A stretch of 64,000 nucleotides of DNA, from the NCBI RefSeq assembly GCF_009914755.1, contig NC_060939.1; one strand, written 5' to 3'. Within the stretch, counting starts at the first letter, position 1. Every line of letters starts with the position of its first letter. Under the pieces are notes generated by a model. That model was not told the DNA's origin and made no database searches. It worked only from the letters and a program-made list of their open reading frames with translations. Source of the stretch: the human T2T-CHM13v2.0 reference genome, Homo sapiens. A program made the position numbers and the translations under genes. Shown here one piece after another: positions 41,770 to 56,999 of the stretch.

Positions 41770-42064
41770 TTTTTTTTTTTTGAGACAGAGTCTTGCTCTG
41801 TCGCTCAGGCTGGTGTGCAGTGGCGCAATCTCGGCTCACTGCAACCTCCGCCTCCCGGATTCAAGCAATTCTCCTTCCTGCCTCAGCCTCCTGAGTAACT
41901 GGGATTACAGGCATGCGCCACCACGCCCGGCTAATTTTTGTATTTTTAGTAGAGACTGGGTTTCACCATGTTGGTCAGGCTGGTCTCAAATTCCTGACCT
42001 TGTGATCCACCCGCCTCGGCCTCCCAAAGTGCTGACAGTAAGGCGTGAGCCACCGCGCCTGGCC
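41770..42064 (-). mobile_element. AluS (Sg-like)
   Basis: Full Alu antisense. Confidence 0.95.
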
Positions 42065-42094
42065 TCCCTTTTCTTGACATTGCTTTAAAAAAAA

Positions 42095-43590
42095 CCCTTT
42101 AATTTTAGAATAGCTTTAGACTGATAAGGAAATTGCAAAGATCATACAGAAACTACACCCAATTTCCCCTATTATCAATATCATGCAATTGGTTTGCCAT
42201 AATTAATGAAACATTTTTGATAAATTATTATTAGCTAGAGTCCACACTTTATCCCGATTTTCTTAGTTTTATTTAATGTCCTTTTTCTGTTGCCTGATCC
42301 CATCCAGGATACTACATTTAGTTGTCATGTCTTGGCTGTGATGCTTTGAGATATTCCTTGTTTTTGATGACCTTGACAGTTTTGAAGGGTATTGGTTGGG
42401 TATTTGCTAGGATTGGAATTTGTCTGATATTTTTCTCATGATTAGACTGCGATTAGGAAGTCCCATTATGGGGCTTCTATGTGGGAGGAAGACCACAGAG
42501 ATAAAGCACCCTTCTCATCAAAGGACATATCAACATGATTTATCACTACTGATATTGATCTTGATAAAGCATGTGCTTGGCTCAATCAGTGTCTGCCAGG
42601 TTTCTCCACTGTGAAGTTATTCTTTTCCCCCTCTTTCTATACTCTAGCTTCTGTGAGGAAGTCACTATGTGCAGCCCACACATAAGAAGTGAGGAGTTAT
42701 GTTCCCTGTCCTCTGGGGCAGGTTATCTAAATAAATTATTTGGAATTCTGCATGGGTGAGTTGTCTGCTCTTCCCCATTTATGTATTTATTTAGTCATAA
42801 GTGTGGATTCATGGATATTTATTTTATACTTTGAGTTATCCAACACTATTTTTTGGGCCATTGGGAGATCTTTTAGTTGGCTCCTGTGTCCCTTTGATAT
42901 ACCTTAATCATTGTGGGTAATTTTGGTTCCTTTTTTAAGTACTTGTTTAATTTCTGGCACTGTAGGATACTCCAGGCTCATCTTGTATATTTCCTGCCCT
43001 AGTCTTAGAAGAATAAGCCATTTATTCAAAGAACCCTGCTTCCTTTTATTGGAGAACTTGTTGATATTAGAGACCAAGATCTGGGTGCTAGGTACTCATT
43101 GATACTGGAGTACTGTTGTTTCTAGGTGCTCTCAGCCAAAAGAGCAAGAAAACATAGATGTGTACCCTAGCCTGTGTATATAGACATGTTTATAAATATT
43201 CCTATATGTAACCATCTACAAATCAGGTGAAACATGAGTTCATACTGATGTCTCCACTTTCATCAATTAACCACATGGGTCATTCTAACCTCCTCCCCTT
43301 GCATGTCTATAACTTCTCACTCCAGCAGTAAGCAGACTCCCACCACCTGGCATCTATTTACTTAATTGTTCAATTCCACTATACACATATAGTGGTTTCG
43401 GAATCGTTAATGCATTCCTCTATGGGAAACAACTTTATCAACTATAGTAAAATACTTATGTACAGTACCTTTGCCTTTGGTCTTACAGATTCCACTCATT
43501 TCTGGAGTTATTTAGTTCAGCATGTTTTTCTATCACCTCCTTCTGTGAAGTTGTTTCATATAATTTTTAATGCAGTTAGATTCTTTTTAG
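42095..43590 (-). mobile_element. L1MC-type 3' region
   Basis: ttttagaatagctttaga...ttgcaaaga; cccatccaggatac; ccaggctcatcttgtatatttcctgccc; agagaccaagatctgggtgctagg. Confidence 0.85.
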
Positions 43591-43771
43591 TCTGATGACT
43601 CTTGAAAAGAGATAAATGAGCAGGAAGATAAAGACTCAGCCATTAGGGAACTAAGTTAGAAAAAGCTTGTGAACAATTCGTTTTCTATCTGCTGAATGTT
43701 TGGTGGCTCCATGCTGCTGGATGATGATATTGTACTATTTTCCAATCCCCTTGCTTTTATTCCCATCCATT

Positions 43772-44162
43772 TGCTATGGGCTGAATGTGTCCTCACAAAA
43801 TTCATATTAGAGGTTAAAATCCTAACTCCCAAGGTTACGGTATTTGAAGATGGGATCTTTGGGAGGTAATAAGGGTTAGATTAGGTCATGAGGATGGGGC
43901 CCTTAAAATGAGATTATTGGCTTTATAAGAAGAGGAAGAGTGAGAGAGATTATCTGTGTGCTCTTACCAAGGAAAGGCCGTGTGAGAACATAGCAAGAAG
44001 ACAGCTACCTGCAAGCCAGGAAGAGAGCCCTCACCAGGAACTGAATTGGCTGGCACCTTGGTCTTGGACTTCTTACCTCAAGAACTGTGAGAAATATATT
44101 TCTGTTGTTTAAGCCACTCAGTCTGTGGTATTTTGTCATAGCAGCCCAAGCTGACTGATACA
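43772..44162 (+). mobile_element. MLT1A/B solo LTR
   Basis: TGCTATGGGCTGAATG...GCAGCCCAAGCTGACTGATACA with perfect 5-bp TSD ccatt. Confidence 0.9.
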
Positions 44163-44590
44163 CCATTATATATAGAAAAAGTATAGACATCCCTGTGCTG
44201 TGGAGAGGCTCTTAAACCAAATTTCCTAATTCGTTTTCTACCCTTAAACACCGAAAGGAACCCTCTTTCCTCCTGGCTTAGGAGATCCTGGGCTTAGGAG
44301 ATCTGTTCAGGTAATGTTCTTGGTGGTGCATTTAGATGTAAGAGCTCCAGGTTAAGGGTCTGACAAGACACTTTTGGCTAAAACAAGCGTTAGGATTGGG
44401 AGAATGTTTCTCAGTGGAAACAGTATAATCACCTAACTGAAGGAAAAAATGGCCCCTTTCCCCAAATATTCTGAGCCTGCTTTAGAGCAGGAGAGCCCAC
44501 TTTTACAGCAGGAAACACCCTGAGAAGGAAGTAGAGAATGGTGACGTCAGTGGCCCTGGATCTGGGTCCCGTCCCTGCTCTTCAGTATGC

Positions 44591-44649
44591 AGAGCTGTCA
44601 GGCGTCGTGTGCTCCTGTGTAGAGTGTCAGGGGTCGTGTGCTCCTGTGT
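44591..44649. repeat. Two-copy 29/30-bp tandem repeat
   Basis: agagctgtcaggcgtcgtgtgctcctgtgt / agagtgtcaggggtcgtgtgctcctgtgt. Confidence 0.85.
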
Positions 44650-46329
44650 GGACAGGGACAGCAGCAGGGTCCTGCCTGAGATCATGAATATGGATGTGAG
44701 TGATTGTTCCCAGGCCTAAGTGAAAGGCTTTCTTGAGGCAGATTTTTCTCTGGGATGCTGATTGTGAGTTTTTAATGTCTCCCCTTTCGTTATTCAGTGT
44801 TCTTGGCTTCTTTAGATTGATCATCATGTCTTCTGCCTACAAATATCTGCTCATATTTTACAAGCAGAGAAGTGACTGGAGCTGTAACCAGCCTAGCTGA
44901 CCAAATGAAGTCCATGTGGGGCCCTGTCATTTATATGGGTGATTAAAACAAAAACAAAAACAAAAAACCCTTAAACCCTGCCAGAGGGTAATTTTTCATG
45001 GTCTGCCTTTTATGTTTCTTCCTTTTTTCTCTTCAGTTTTTTTCTCCTTTCCTTGCAGTTATTTTTTTTTTTTCTTTTATTGCCTGTTTCATTTCACAAC
45101 CTGGCACTATTCTGGTAGAAATGTCTGCTTCCTGCCACCCTCAGGAAGTCAGAGAACAGGGTAAATTTGTCCAGGGCTTCACCCCATGATTTCTAATGGT
45201 GTGACTCAAGGCTCCCATGGGAGAGATCTACCCAGGAAAATAAATTGTGTGTTGGTTTTTAATACAAGAACCTTCATAAACTGAGCTCCTAGGAGAAAAT
45301 GAAGACATTTAAATACTCTTCTCTTTTTGCAGTTTGCTCTGTGGTCATCAGTTAACCACCCAAATGGAAGTGCATGTGTTAATGTTCAACAGTGGGTTAA
45401 TGTCTGGAGGATGGTTTTGGACAGCATAGTTCGGAGCAGGTTAATGTTTAATGTAAAAGTACTTAGTTGAGTACTTGGTACATAGTAAGAGTGTTTAAGA
45501 GTTAATTACATTATTATTATTATTGCAAACTAAAAATTGCTCCCAGGTTGCATGTTGTGAGATAGTAAGGCGAAGGTGAGGCACCTAGTGTCAGTATTGG
45601 CTTTAGGTGGAAGAAAATAAACTGGAATTGCTATTGTTGCATTACTGGTGTAAGAAAAGTGGTGATGGACATGGAAATAGATCCCAGAGCAGAGGTTTGG
45701 GCGTGAAAATTTGGAACTAGGAAGTTTGAAAGTGACTCATCTAAGGGAAGGCAGGGGTGTGTTAGATGGTCCCCAAAAGACTTTTTGCCTTGAGAATGTG
45801 ATTTTATGTAAGTTCCCCTCCACCTGGAGTAGTTTGGGGGTAGAAGGTAGGCATGAATGGCTATGGGGGTTCTGTAGAGGAGAGGGAGAAGAAGTGACTC
45901 TTTTTGTCTGGTTTGGATTCTCTTATCAATGTTTTTGCCGGCATTCCCAGGATAAGGAGGTATTTCCATATGCTTCTGCAACTGGTTTTTGTTAAACACA
46001 GACCATACCTCTTCAGCTGATCGTGTCACACCCTTAGGGGCTCAGCTGAACTCAGACAACAGGCAACAGCCAGAGGAAGGAAAAAAGTAATAGTCCATAA
46101 AATTAGGTAATGGTCCTGCTCAGAAATATTTGAGCATAAATACCAGGTTATATCTTTTTATTTGTACCCCCAACCCCCATGGCTGTAAACACATCCCTGG
46201 AGAGAGGAAATAAATGTAGCAGATTTCATACTGGGCTGAAGGGGAAGAGTGTGGGATGGGTATCTGTTTTATGAGACAGCCTTTTTTTTACGTTAATTTC
46301 TGCATGATTAACATCCCTTGAAAGAGTTA

Positions 46330-47370
46330 TTTTTCCTCCATTCTTTTGTTAGCCCATTCTGGTCCAGCTTCCATGCCTTCCACTCTGACATCAAAGTTCT
46401 TGCTAAGGTCATGTTCCATCTGCATCCCGTCTTGTGCAATGATGCTCCAGTCTTTGCCTGCTTAATGGTAGCCTTTGGCTTACCTGACCCCTCCTTCCTT
46501 CTTGCATCCCCAGCTTCTCTGGGCTTCTGGGATGCCAGGCTCTCCAGATTTCCTCGCATCCCCCTGGTCGCTCCTTCTCAGTTGTCTGTGTCTGCTTCTC
46601 CTCTTTTCCCTGTCTTCTTAGTGTTGGCCTGCTAGAGCATAGATCCTCATTCTGAATGTGGGAAAAGCAGATGATGATTCAGTGGATCTCAGGTGGAATC
46701 CACGATTCTGCATCTCTCATGTGCTGCCAGGCGATGCTGTTGCTGCGGGGCTGCAGAGCCACCGCAGCTCGGTGCTGGAGCTCCATCCTCGCTTCTCCAT
46801 CTATGTGACTTCCTAGCTGAGCTCCTCCAGTCCCCGGCTTTAAGTAACACCTCGAATCTTATTGGTGACTTCTCGCCCCACTTGGGTCAAAACCCAGAGT
46901 TATATTCAGGCCCACGACACCCTGTGGGTTTGGCTCCTGCCCACTCCTCTGCCCTTAGCTGCTCTGCCCTCCGCGTCTCCCACTGGGCTCTGGCCAAGTC
47001 TGCCTTCCCACTGATTCTTCGATTTGTCTAACACGTTTCTCCTTCCTGAGCTCTAAACTTGTTGTTCTCTCTACCTGGCACTCACACGGCTTAGATCTCA
47101 TCTTCTCTTTCAAAGCAAATATTCCCTTCCCAGCGAGGGCTTCCTTAACTGTCTATCTAGAATGGACCTTCACTACCACCACCATCACCTCGCTGTCACC
47201 TACCCCAGTTCATTTTCTTACCATGCTATGTGAGTTTCTTATTCATCCTCACTCTCCCTACCAGAGTGTGGGTTCTGTGGGAAAAAGGACCTTGTCTCCC
47301 CATCTAACTGCTGTAGAAGAGTGACTAGCATAGTAATAGGATCTTGGTAAGAACTTGTTAGTAATTACAT
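46330..47370 (+). mobile_element. L2 fragments
   Basis: ccagcttcca..ccttccactctgac..aa.ttcttgctaaggtca; ctccttccttcttg...ggcttctgggatgcc; ends like an L2 3' tail. Confidence 0.65.
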
Positions 47371-48057
47371 AAAGCATTAGTATCAGCATGTCCCAGATGA
47401 GCTGATGAGCACAGATACTACCACGCCATTCCAGTGTCTGTGTTTTTAATGGTTTGGGTATCGGGTTATATTATTGTAAGTATCATGAACTAGTGGAAAG
47501 AACCAAGATGGACAGAACACATAAACGATGCCCTTACACCCCATGAAGACCCAACAGTTTTATGGCAAACTAGAGAAATGAAGGTTTCATAGTTGTTTGA
47601 ATAAAAAAAGGTGGTAGAAAATTGAGGCATCTCATTGTACAAGGTAGGTAACATCTGTGCAATGAAATCATGACTTGCACTATTGAAGTCCCTGTTCACA
47701 CCATATAAGGTGATACAGTTTCAGCAAAATGATCATCCTACATATTAATGTTGTGAATTGGAATTATATTGGCTTTGTAATTGCATTTGTATTTAATGTG
47801 CAGATGTTTTGGTATTGATGGTAATATAAGAACTATAATCGTTTTATATTTGTACATTTTATGAGAAACATTAAGTGAACACTAAGAATCGTTGAGATTT
47901 TTTTTTCTTTAGAGGCATCTTTACATTATACAGGCTTGTGAAAGACTAAAATAGGAACTAAGCAAGATTGAAGGTGTGGCTGAGGACAGGGAAAGGAAAA
48001 AGTTTTAAATTCCAAAACTGCTTGTAGGAAGCTATTTTTAACAAAATAAGAATAATA

Positions 48058-48232
48058 GGCTGGGCGTGGTGGCTCGTGCTTATAGTCCCACCTACTTGGG
48101 AGCCTGAGGCAGGAGGATCCCTTGAGCCCAGGAGTTGGAGGTTGCAGTGAGCTATGATCTCACCAGTGCATTCCCACCTGGGTGATGGAGCAATACCCTG
48201 TCTCAAAAATAAAAATAAGAAAAAAATAAAAA
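48058..48232 (+). mobile_element. FRAM / right Alu monomer
   Basis: Single monomer with A tail. Confidence 0.88.
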
Positions 48233-48300
48233 GACGCTGAGTGGGCTATCAAATTTTAGCATGCTTTCAAGAGAGTGAAATTTTAAAATATCTACATTCA

Positions 48301-48646
<346 letters not shown>

Positions 48647-48960
48647 TTAAAATATATTATCCTTTTTTTGTTTATATAATTAAAACTTCAATTTTGGATT
48701 ACCAGTCTAATTTCTGGTTATTGAAAAATGTAAATTGTGAAACTTTTCTTGCTGGAGACATCTATATATTATAAAATATTTAAATATAAAAATAATGGAG
48801 TAATGGAGTAGATGGCCTTTACTCACCAATTCTAGGGCCTGGCTTAGGAAGGTATGTAGGCAGGGACCCCCCTCCCCCGCCACAATTCTAACTTGTGCCC
48901 CAGGCCCTCCTCCTTTCTTCTGGCTCCTGGAGATCAGAGAGGAAGGGATTCTGCACTTAA

Positions 48961-49284
<324 letters not shown>

Positions 49285-49287
49285 ACA

Positions 49288-49597
49288 TTTTTTTTTTTTT
49301 TTTAAAGACAGGTTCTCTCTCTGTTGCCCAGGCTGGATTATAGTAGTGCAATCATGGCTCACTGCAGCCTCAACCTCCCAGGCTCAGGTGATCCTCCCAC
49401 CTCAGCTTCCTGAATAGCTGAGACTACAGGCATGTGTCTCCATGCTTGGCTATTTTTTTTTTTTTTTTTGTATTTTTTGTAGAGACAAGGTTTTGCCATG
49501 TTGCCCAGGCTGGTCTTGAACTCCTGGGGTAAAGTGATCCGCCTGCCTCAGCCTCCCAAAGTGTTGGGATTACAGGGATGAGATACAGCTACTGGCC
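49288..49597 (-). mobile_element. AluJ
   Basis: TSD agacacattc brackets this Alu and the previous one. Confidence 0.93.
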
Positions 49598-51580
49598 AGG
49601 AGACACATTCATGCTTTGAAAGGAGACATGAATGGTCCTTCTCCCTCACACATTTCCTTTGAGTGTATGTGTTTGTTTCTACCCAGTTCATTTCCACATA
49701 TAATTTGAGGCTAACAGACCCATCTATATAGATCTGTGATGCCAGGGAGCCTGGGGCAGAAGATGAAGGCTGGAATGGGGTGAGGGTGCTTTAGGAAGGA
49801 GAGAGGGAGCTAAGGGCCACAGCACTGCTTGCAGTGTCTAAATGAATGGCCGTTCTGCAAGTACCTGAGGGGCTGGTGAGAGCAAGGCACAGCGTGTTTG
49901 GGGTGACTTTAGGATTTGGGTTTGGGTAGTCCCCCTTCCCCTGCTGCCCATCTGAGAGAATTCTGGGGAGGAAGGTCTTACTGGGGCATGAGGTCCCTGG
50001 TGTCATCAACTTTGCAGGTAACAGCTGTCTTGAACAACAACAGAGAACCTGAATTTATACATGTAGCAAGCTGCTAGGTTTCTAAAAATATTTCAGAAGG
50101 TTTATTTTGATTTTATTTTTAAACATTTTGGGTGCCTACACAGTGTTATCTTCCATGTTTTTAATAGCCACACTATACAATACAGAGTAGGTTTCTGTGG
50201 ACAAATACAGGTGCCTATCATTTATAGCACAGTCTCTCTGGGACCCGTGCAAACAACTGACTCATGCGTTTATGAGACTGGGTTGGTTTGTGAATCGATG
50301 ACGCCCAGGGAGCTGGGAAGGCTGCATGGCATGGACGCTTCCCCAGTGGCTCTGGATTTTGCAATCATTTGGCTAAATTTGATCATGATGCACATTCCCT
50401 CACCCCTTTCCCTGATGAGGACAAAGATGGCTAATTTTCCCTGATTGGATCTGTTGTTTTGAGTGACCGAGAAGAAAGAGATACTTTGCTGAAAGCACAA
50501 CATATTCCGAGGGAGAATACTGAGCTTTGGAATTCACTTTGCAGACATCTGCGAGGATGTTCCGGGAGCCAGGCTTGTTATAGCTGGCATTGCTGGAATT
50601 CCACACCCCCCATGCCTCCCTTAAGAGATACTTGATAACCCCAGGGCCTAATTTCTACTTTTGGAACATACATACCTTGTGAAGTGGAGGCTGGAGGTGG
50701 GAAGGAAAGCCCCCTTGAGGCTGTGGATCTGGTTCTCATGTTTTAAACAGTTTTAAATATTGGGGCTGGAGATGCCTGAAGGATGGGTATTTGTTATGGA
50801 AAACCTTGACTTTTTTTTTTTTCTTTTACATTGTTCACATTTTAAAACAAAGTTCAGAGAGCTGTGTACATTGAGCATGCTTTATTAGTTCATTCATTTA
50901 TGTGTGAAACACTGTTCTGGATGCCAGAAATGTGGCAAGGAGGAAGGCCTGGCCAAGGAGTGACACTTCCACTGAGCTCTGACAGATGAGAGCTTGTCTT
51001 GCTGGCACACCAGTGCCGCGGGACATGGTGACATGCTGTGGTCCACAGCCCTCCAGTGACCATGTGAGCATAATTAAATACAAACTGTGGGAGGCAGAAA
51101 AGTGAAAATGTGGTCTCTGCTCAAGAAAGAGTGCAGGTCTTAGAGACAAAGTCTGGGTCTAAATCTTGGTGCTGCCCCTGGCCCAGGTGTAAGGCCTCAG
51201 AGGAAATTACCTGCCAGAGTTTACACATCTCTAAAGTGGAGAGAAGAGGTGCTGTGAGGATCTCATCAGACAAGATGGTACAAAGAAATCACCGGGGCTG
51301 GCCTCGTGGAGGGATGATGTGTGTGTCTGACTCAGAATCAGTAGAAAAAGCTTAAAATGTGGTTGCTGGGACAAAACTAATCTACCAGAGAAGCCGTGGC
51401 TGGAGAGCCTGTGTTGAGCTGTGTGGTGCTGGTCTGTGCTGGAATGCCAAGGAAGAGGCAGGAGCTGCCTCCAGTAGGTGAGCCTCGAAGAAAGAACAGG
51501 ATTTTCATAGGTGAAGGGAGACAGATTTTTACTGGAGGAAAAAAAAATGTCTAAAGTAAAGGTCATAAAAACAGACTGTG

Positions 51581-51904
<324 letters not shown>

Positions 51905-52654
51905 TTAAGAACAGAAGCTTCTTTTGTTGGGTACTTGCAAAAATATTCCCTTCCTCTTGGTAGCGTGGTCTAATGGTATTAATGCCAACAGTGTGAACCT
52001 GAGCATAAGGTATGCCCTGAGTTTGAGTAGCTTTTCAGTGCTGAGTTGACTACACAATTACCAGTGACAACACTGAGAAATCTAAGAAGACTCCACTTGA
52101 CTTGGGGGGTGGGTAATTTATTTCTTGGACATTTTGGCTTCAGTGTAGGTTTAGGTAAGTATCATATGTCAGGGATGGCAAGTGCATTTTATTTTGTGTC
52201 TGCACTAACCAACCAATTGGTAGTGACTGCAGGGGTGCAGTGATGAGGAGGATTCTGAAGCCAGATTTGCGCTTAGAGAGAAAATGATAATAACCCTTTA
52301 TTGATATAATTTGGACTTAGGCTTCGTAGAGGAAACTGTAGCACAAACGGTGTGGATCTGTTATCTCTGGTTGAGAGGTTTTCTATGTACATGACAGTAT
52401 GAAGATGTTCATTTATTCACCCAACAAATATTTATTAAATCTCCGCTATGGACATAGCATTGTACTTTAGATTCTTAGCCCTCTGGCTTCTTCGTTAGTT
52501 AATAAATTATTTCAGGATATTGGTGGTTAATGCTGCTTGGTTAATTAGTGGGGGTTTTTAGTCTTTTTCTCATAAGTGTTTCAAAACATTTTATGAACAA
52601 AGCCAGCTTTCTTGTGCCCATAAATGCTACATTGAAATCTTTCTCAGATCCCTC

Positions 52655-52964
<310 letters not shown>

Positions 52965-53564
52965 TAGCATACAATATGTGATTTTCCTAATTACTTTATG
53001 AAGTCATCACTGACAGTCTGACTTTAGAGACAGGAAAACAGAGAAATTAAAGAACTTCTCCAGAGCCAATATTGGACTTGAGCCACATGTCAGAAATATT
53101 TCCTGCTTCTGCATCTCGGAGTCAGGTGCCATTACTTGTCTTCAGAACCTTAAACTTTCGTAGCTTAGCTCTGCCCTGGTAGGAGAAACTTTCAGAAATC
53201 ATTTTAAGCCTCAAGAGGTGAAAAGGATGAATGACTTATCTAACACTTTTTTTGGGACATGAATTCTGTATTTTTTTCAGTAACCATGAAGAATATAAAA
53301 TACGAACCACTGAATTTATTAAAGTAATACAAATTAAAAAGTAAAAGTTAAATTGATAACATATGGACACCGTAAATTAAGTGGTGATATATGTGCTAAT
53401 CAGTTAAGAGAAGTGGGCAAGGGAAGTGGGACCCATCCACAGGGAAACGGGGCGGGTAGACTTCCAGGGGGAAGTGGGGGCTTCTTGGGGGAGAGCCACT
53501 TGGTGCCCATGCTCTCAGGGCCAGGCCATGTGGATCAGATGAGTTGAGTCCCAGTGACTCCACA

Positions 53565-53859
53565 TTTTCTTTTTTGAGATGGAGTCTCACTCTGTTGCCC
53601 AGGCTGGAGTGCAGTGGTGCAATCTTGGCTCACTGCAACCTCCACCCCCAGGGTTCAAGTGATTCTCCCTGCCTCAGCCTCCCAAGTAGCTGGGATTATA
53701 GGTGACCGCCACCATGGCCGGCTCATGTTTTATATTTTTAGTAAAGATGGGATTTTGCTATGTTGGCCAGGCTGGTATCGAATTCCTGACCGCAGGTGAT
53801 CAACCTGCCTCAGCCTCCCAAAGTGCTGGGATTACAGGCGTGAGCCAGTGCGCCTGGCC
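53565..53859 (-). mobile_element. AluS
   Basis: TSD actccacattttc/actccagattttc. Confidence 0.95.
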
Positions 53860-54461
53860 AACTCCAGATTTTCAAACTCCTGGTTGATTCTCCTAGGTCT
53901 CCAACCCTAGTAAAAGGAGCCTTTTTACAGGCTTTTCTTTTTTGCCATCTTCCTTTTTGTACAAGGTGGGTTTAGGGGGAAGCTGTAGCACTCAATGTTA
54001 TAAGTTTATTTTTTCCCCCCAAATAGAAAAGTTTTAGTTGTCAGGTTCATTTGAAGACATTCGAACCATCCTGAACTGTGTGAAACAGAGAGCAACTCTG
54101 CTTTCATTTCCAAACCTCAAGTTTATTTTTGAAATTGTTTTCCCAGGGAGTTCTGAAGGGTTGACTGTATACAAAGACACTTCCTTTAAAATCTGAAGAG
54201 TTTGGTCAGTTTCCTACATTTGCACTACAAAACACGTAGAGAGAAAACATAAAGCTCAGTTTAGGTAAGGCTGCCTCTTTCTGTCATGTTAGGGAATACA
54301 TTGAAACTAATATGTGTTTTGCTAATCTTGGCTTTCCACACCCTGATCTTTCAATTTCATCTGGTTGAGGTTCTAGTGTGAATATCCCCATACAAAATTC
54401 TGTCTTCCCACTAGTTCCACAGACACATCCTTTAGGAGTAAATGTGTTAACCACTGTTTAG

Positions 54462-54687
54462 CAAGCTTGTCCAACCTGCGGCCCGTGGGCTGCCTGTGGC
54501 CCAGGATGGCTTTGAATGCGCCCAAAGCAAATTCGTAAACATTCTTAAAACATTTTGAGTTTTTTTTGTAATTTTTTTTTTTAAACCTCATCAGCTATCA
54601 TTAGTGTTAGTGCATTTTATGTGTGGCCCAAGACAATTGGTCTTCTTCCAATGTGGCCCAGGGAAGCCAAAAGATTGGCCACCCCGG
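54462..54687 (-). mobile_element. MER30 (hAT-Charlie)
   Basis: caagcttgtccaacctgcggccc...ctcatcagctatcattagtgttagtg...gggaagccaaaagattgg.cacccc. Confidence 0.9.
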
Positions 54688-56999
54688 ATTTAGAGGTTTT
54701 AGCTCATGTTTATCATCAGCCTGGCAGTATCTTCTCTCTAAATGAGGCAGTCACAGGATCCCACTCAGGGGAAATTACTTTTTGGTTGGTGGGTCAATTC
54801 TTATTTCCTAGAATTAAGCTCAAGACTGCACTGAGACTCATCACCTCTCTACCCACTGTATTAGATGCTCTTTTAAGTGATTTGTATGGTAAAATAGAAT
54901 TACTTGTTCAAAGCAAACATACCTAGAGTCTCTGCCCCATGCTAGGTACTATGCCGATTGCTTGGGCCAGCCTGGCTTGACTGATGGGGACTCTTGTCCT
55001 TGGAGGCAAGGGCCAGCCACAGCATAAAGGTGAAGGTTTCAGATTGCCTGGTTGCATTTCCTCCGTAGCCACAGGGCCCCTGGAATGGCTGGTGAATATG
55101 CATGCAGGTCCTGGAGGTGCCACTGAGAATTAGAGTTGTGGGGCGGGGATGTGTGGACCAGCATTACGTGACTAATCTCCATGCTCAGCTGATAACATGT
55201 GATGGCCCAGAGAGAGGAAATGTTTCTATCTGGCATATGTTCATAGTTCTTCCAAGAGCTAAGCCCTTTGTTCTTACAAACACACTCGCTGATCTCGCTA
55301 ACTAAAGCAATTATCATCATTTAGCAGTCTTTTCATAAAGTATTATTTCCACTCCAAAACACCACTTTTATTTGCCAAGTGCCACAATGTTGCATCCTGG
55401 CGATTGATCAGCGTTTACTGCCAAATTATGTAAGCCTTTGGTTAGGCTTAGTCCCCGACGGCGCAAGCGTGTCTGTGGTGTGCATTAGGATTGTAAACGT
55501 GGCCCAGTGCCTGGAAGTGGAGAACAGCTGTCCCTAAATTCATTAATTAATTCAGTGTTTACACTTTGATTGGGAAGGAAATCCACATTTGCTTAAGACA
55601 CCAGTGCCCAGCTGAGAAATGTTGTTCCATGAAATTATTGGATTGAGGTTTGTTGTCAAGGAAATGTAAATTGTGGATGTTTCATGAAATTTAAATATGT
55701 GGATTAATTGACCAACAGGGAGCTAAGATTGTAATAAGCCAAGGTGGCTTTATTCAAAGATTGAAATGTAATTAGTGTTGACTGTAGTAGGAATAGCTAT
55801 TTGAATGGACCATAAATCCTGCACAAGAATTTTACTAATAAAAGAGGAAATATTTTCATTGAAAAGTCAGTGTCAGCATAAGAACTGATTTTTCTTACAG
55901 CACTTATTGGTGAGTAGAATAACCCCATTTAGTAAATACCACACACAAAAAATTTCTTCTGTTTAAAAAGATTATTAGAAACTTTAACAAATATGAAGAC
56001 TTCTAGAGATGCAGAATAAAATATGCCAATGCTGCTCAGAAAAAAGGGGTTAAGACACACCTGGTTATTTTGGTGTCAGCCCTCACGCATCACTTCATTA
56101 GTCTAAGGCAAGCTCGCTGTACTTGTCCTTAGTATTGAGTTGTTTTATGATATTAGTAGCCTTGTCAAACCAGATAAGTTTAGAAGTTCTTCTCCTTTTC
56201 AAAATTCCACTCAAATGGTAGTAAGGGGAGAAAAAATGTTTAAACCTGCAAGAGGCAAAAAATGGCAGTGGAGGCTTTGGTGGCAACTCCTGCAATGATG
56301 CAGGGGTGATCCCCGGGCTGGCTGAGGGTTAGACCCCTCCACCCAAAGTGCCCACATTGCTGAAATGAGGTGCTTTGCCTGCAGAACCACAGAGAGGCTC
56401 AGAAGTGGGAAGGCATTGTTACCATAGTAGGCCAGAGAGATTGGCCAAATATAGGGAGTTATTAAAACCAGCATAATTAGACCCTACACCCTGTCCCTGT
56501 CTCCCTTCCCCACCCCAGCAGCAGCCTGGAGGTCTGTTCTCTGGAGAAATGGAACTGGAATGGTGTTGGGGTGTTGGTGGGGGTGACTAAAAAGAGAGAC
56601 TGATGACAGCTGGGAGCTTGGTCACTCTTCTGCTCTGTCCATGATGGCAGCAGCCAGGCGTGTGCAGCCCCAGCAATGAAGTGGAAGACTTTCCTTGAGA
56701 AATTGAACAACTCCAGAAAAAAATGCCCCCAGATAACTGAAATGTCTGGGTTCTTCAGTGGAATACTTTTTTCTTTCACATTAATTGACACTCACCAACT
56801 AATAGTCTTCTCCACACTTGCAGAGCCACCAATCTGCTTTGGTCCTTCATTCTTAAATAGGATCAGGCAGTCAGGGTTCATCAGGTGTATTACCAAAGCC
56901 TTCAATATGAAAAGTAGGGGCCAAAACAGGAAAAGAACAACCTTGCAGAAGATGGTGTTGTTGCAGAAAGCAGAGAAAACGTGTTTTTAGAAGAAAGTT

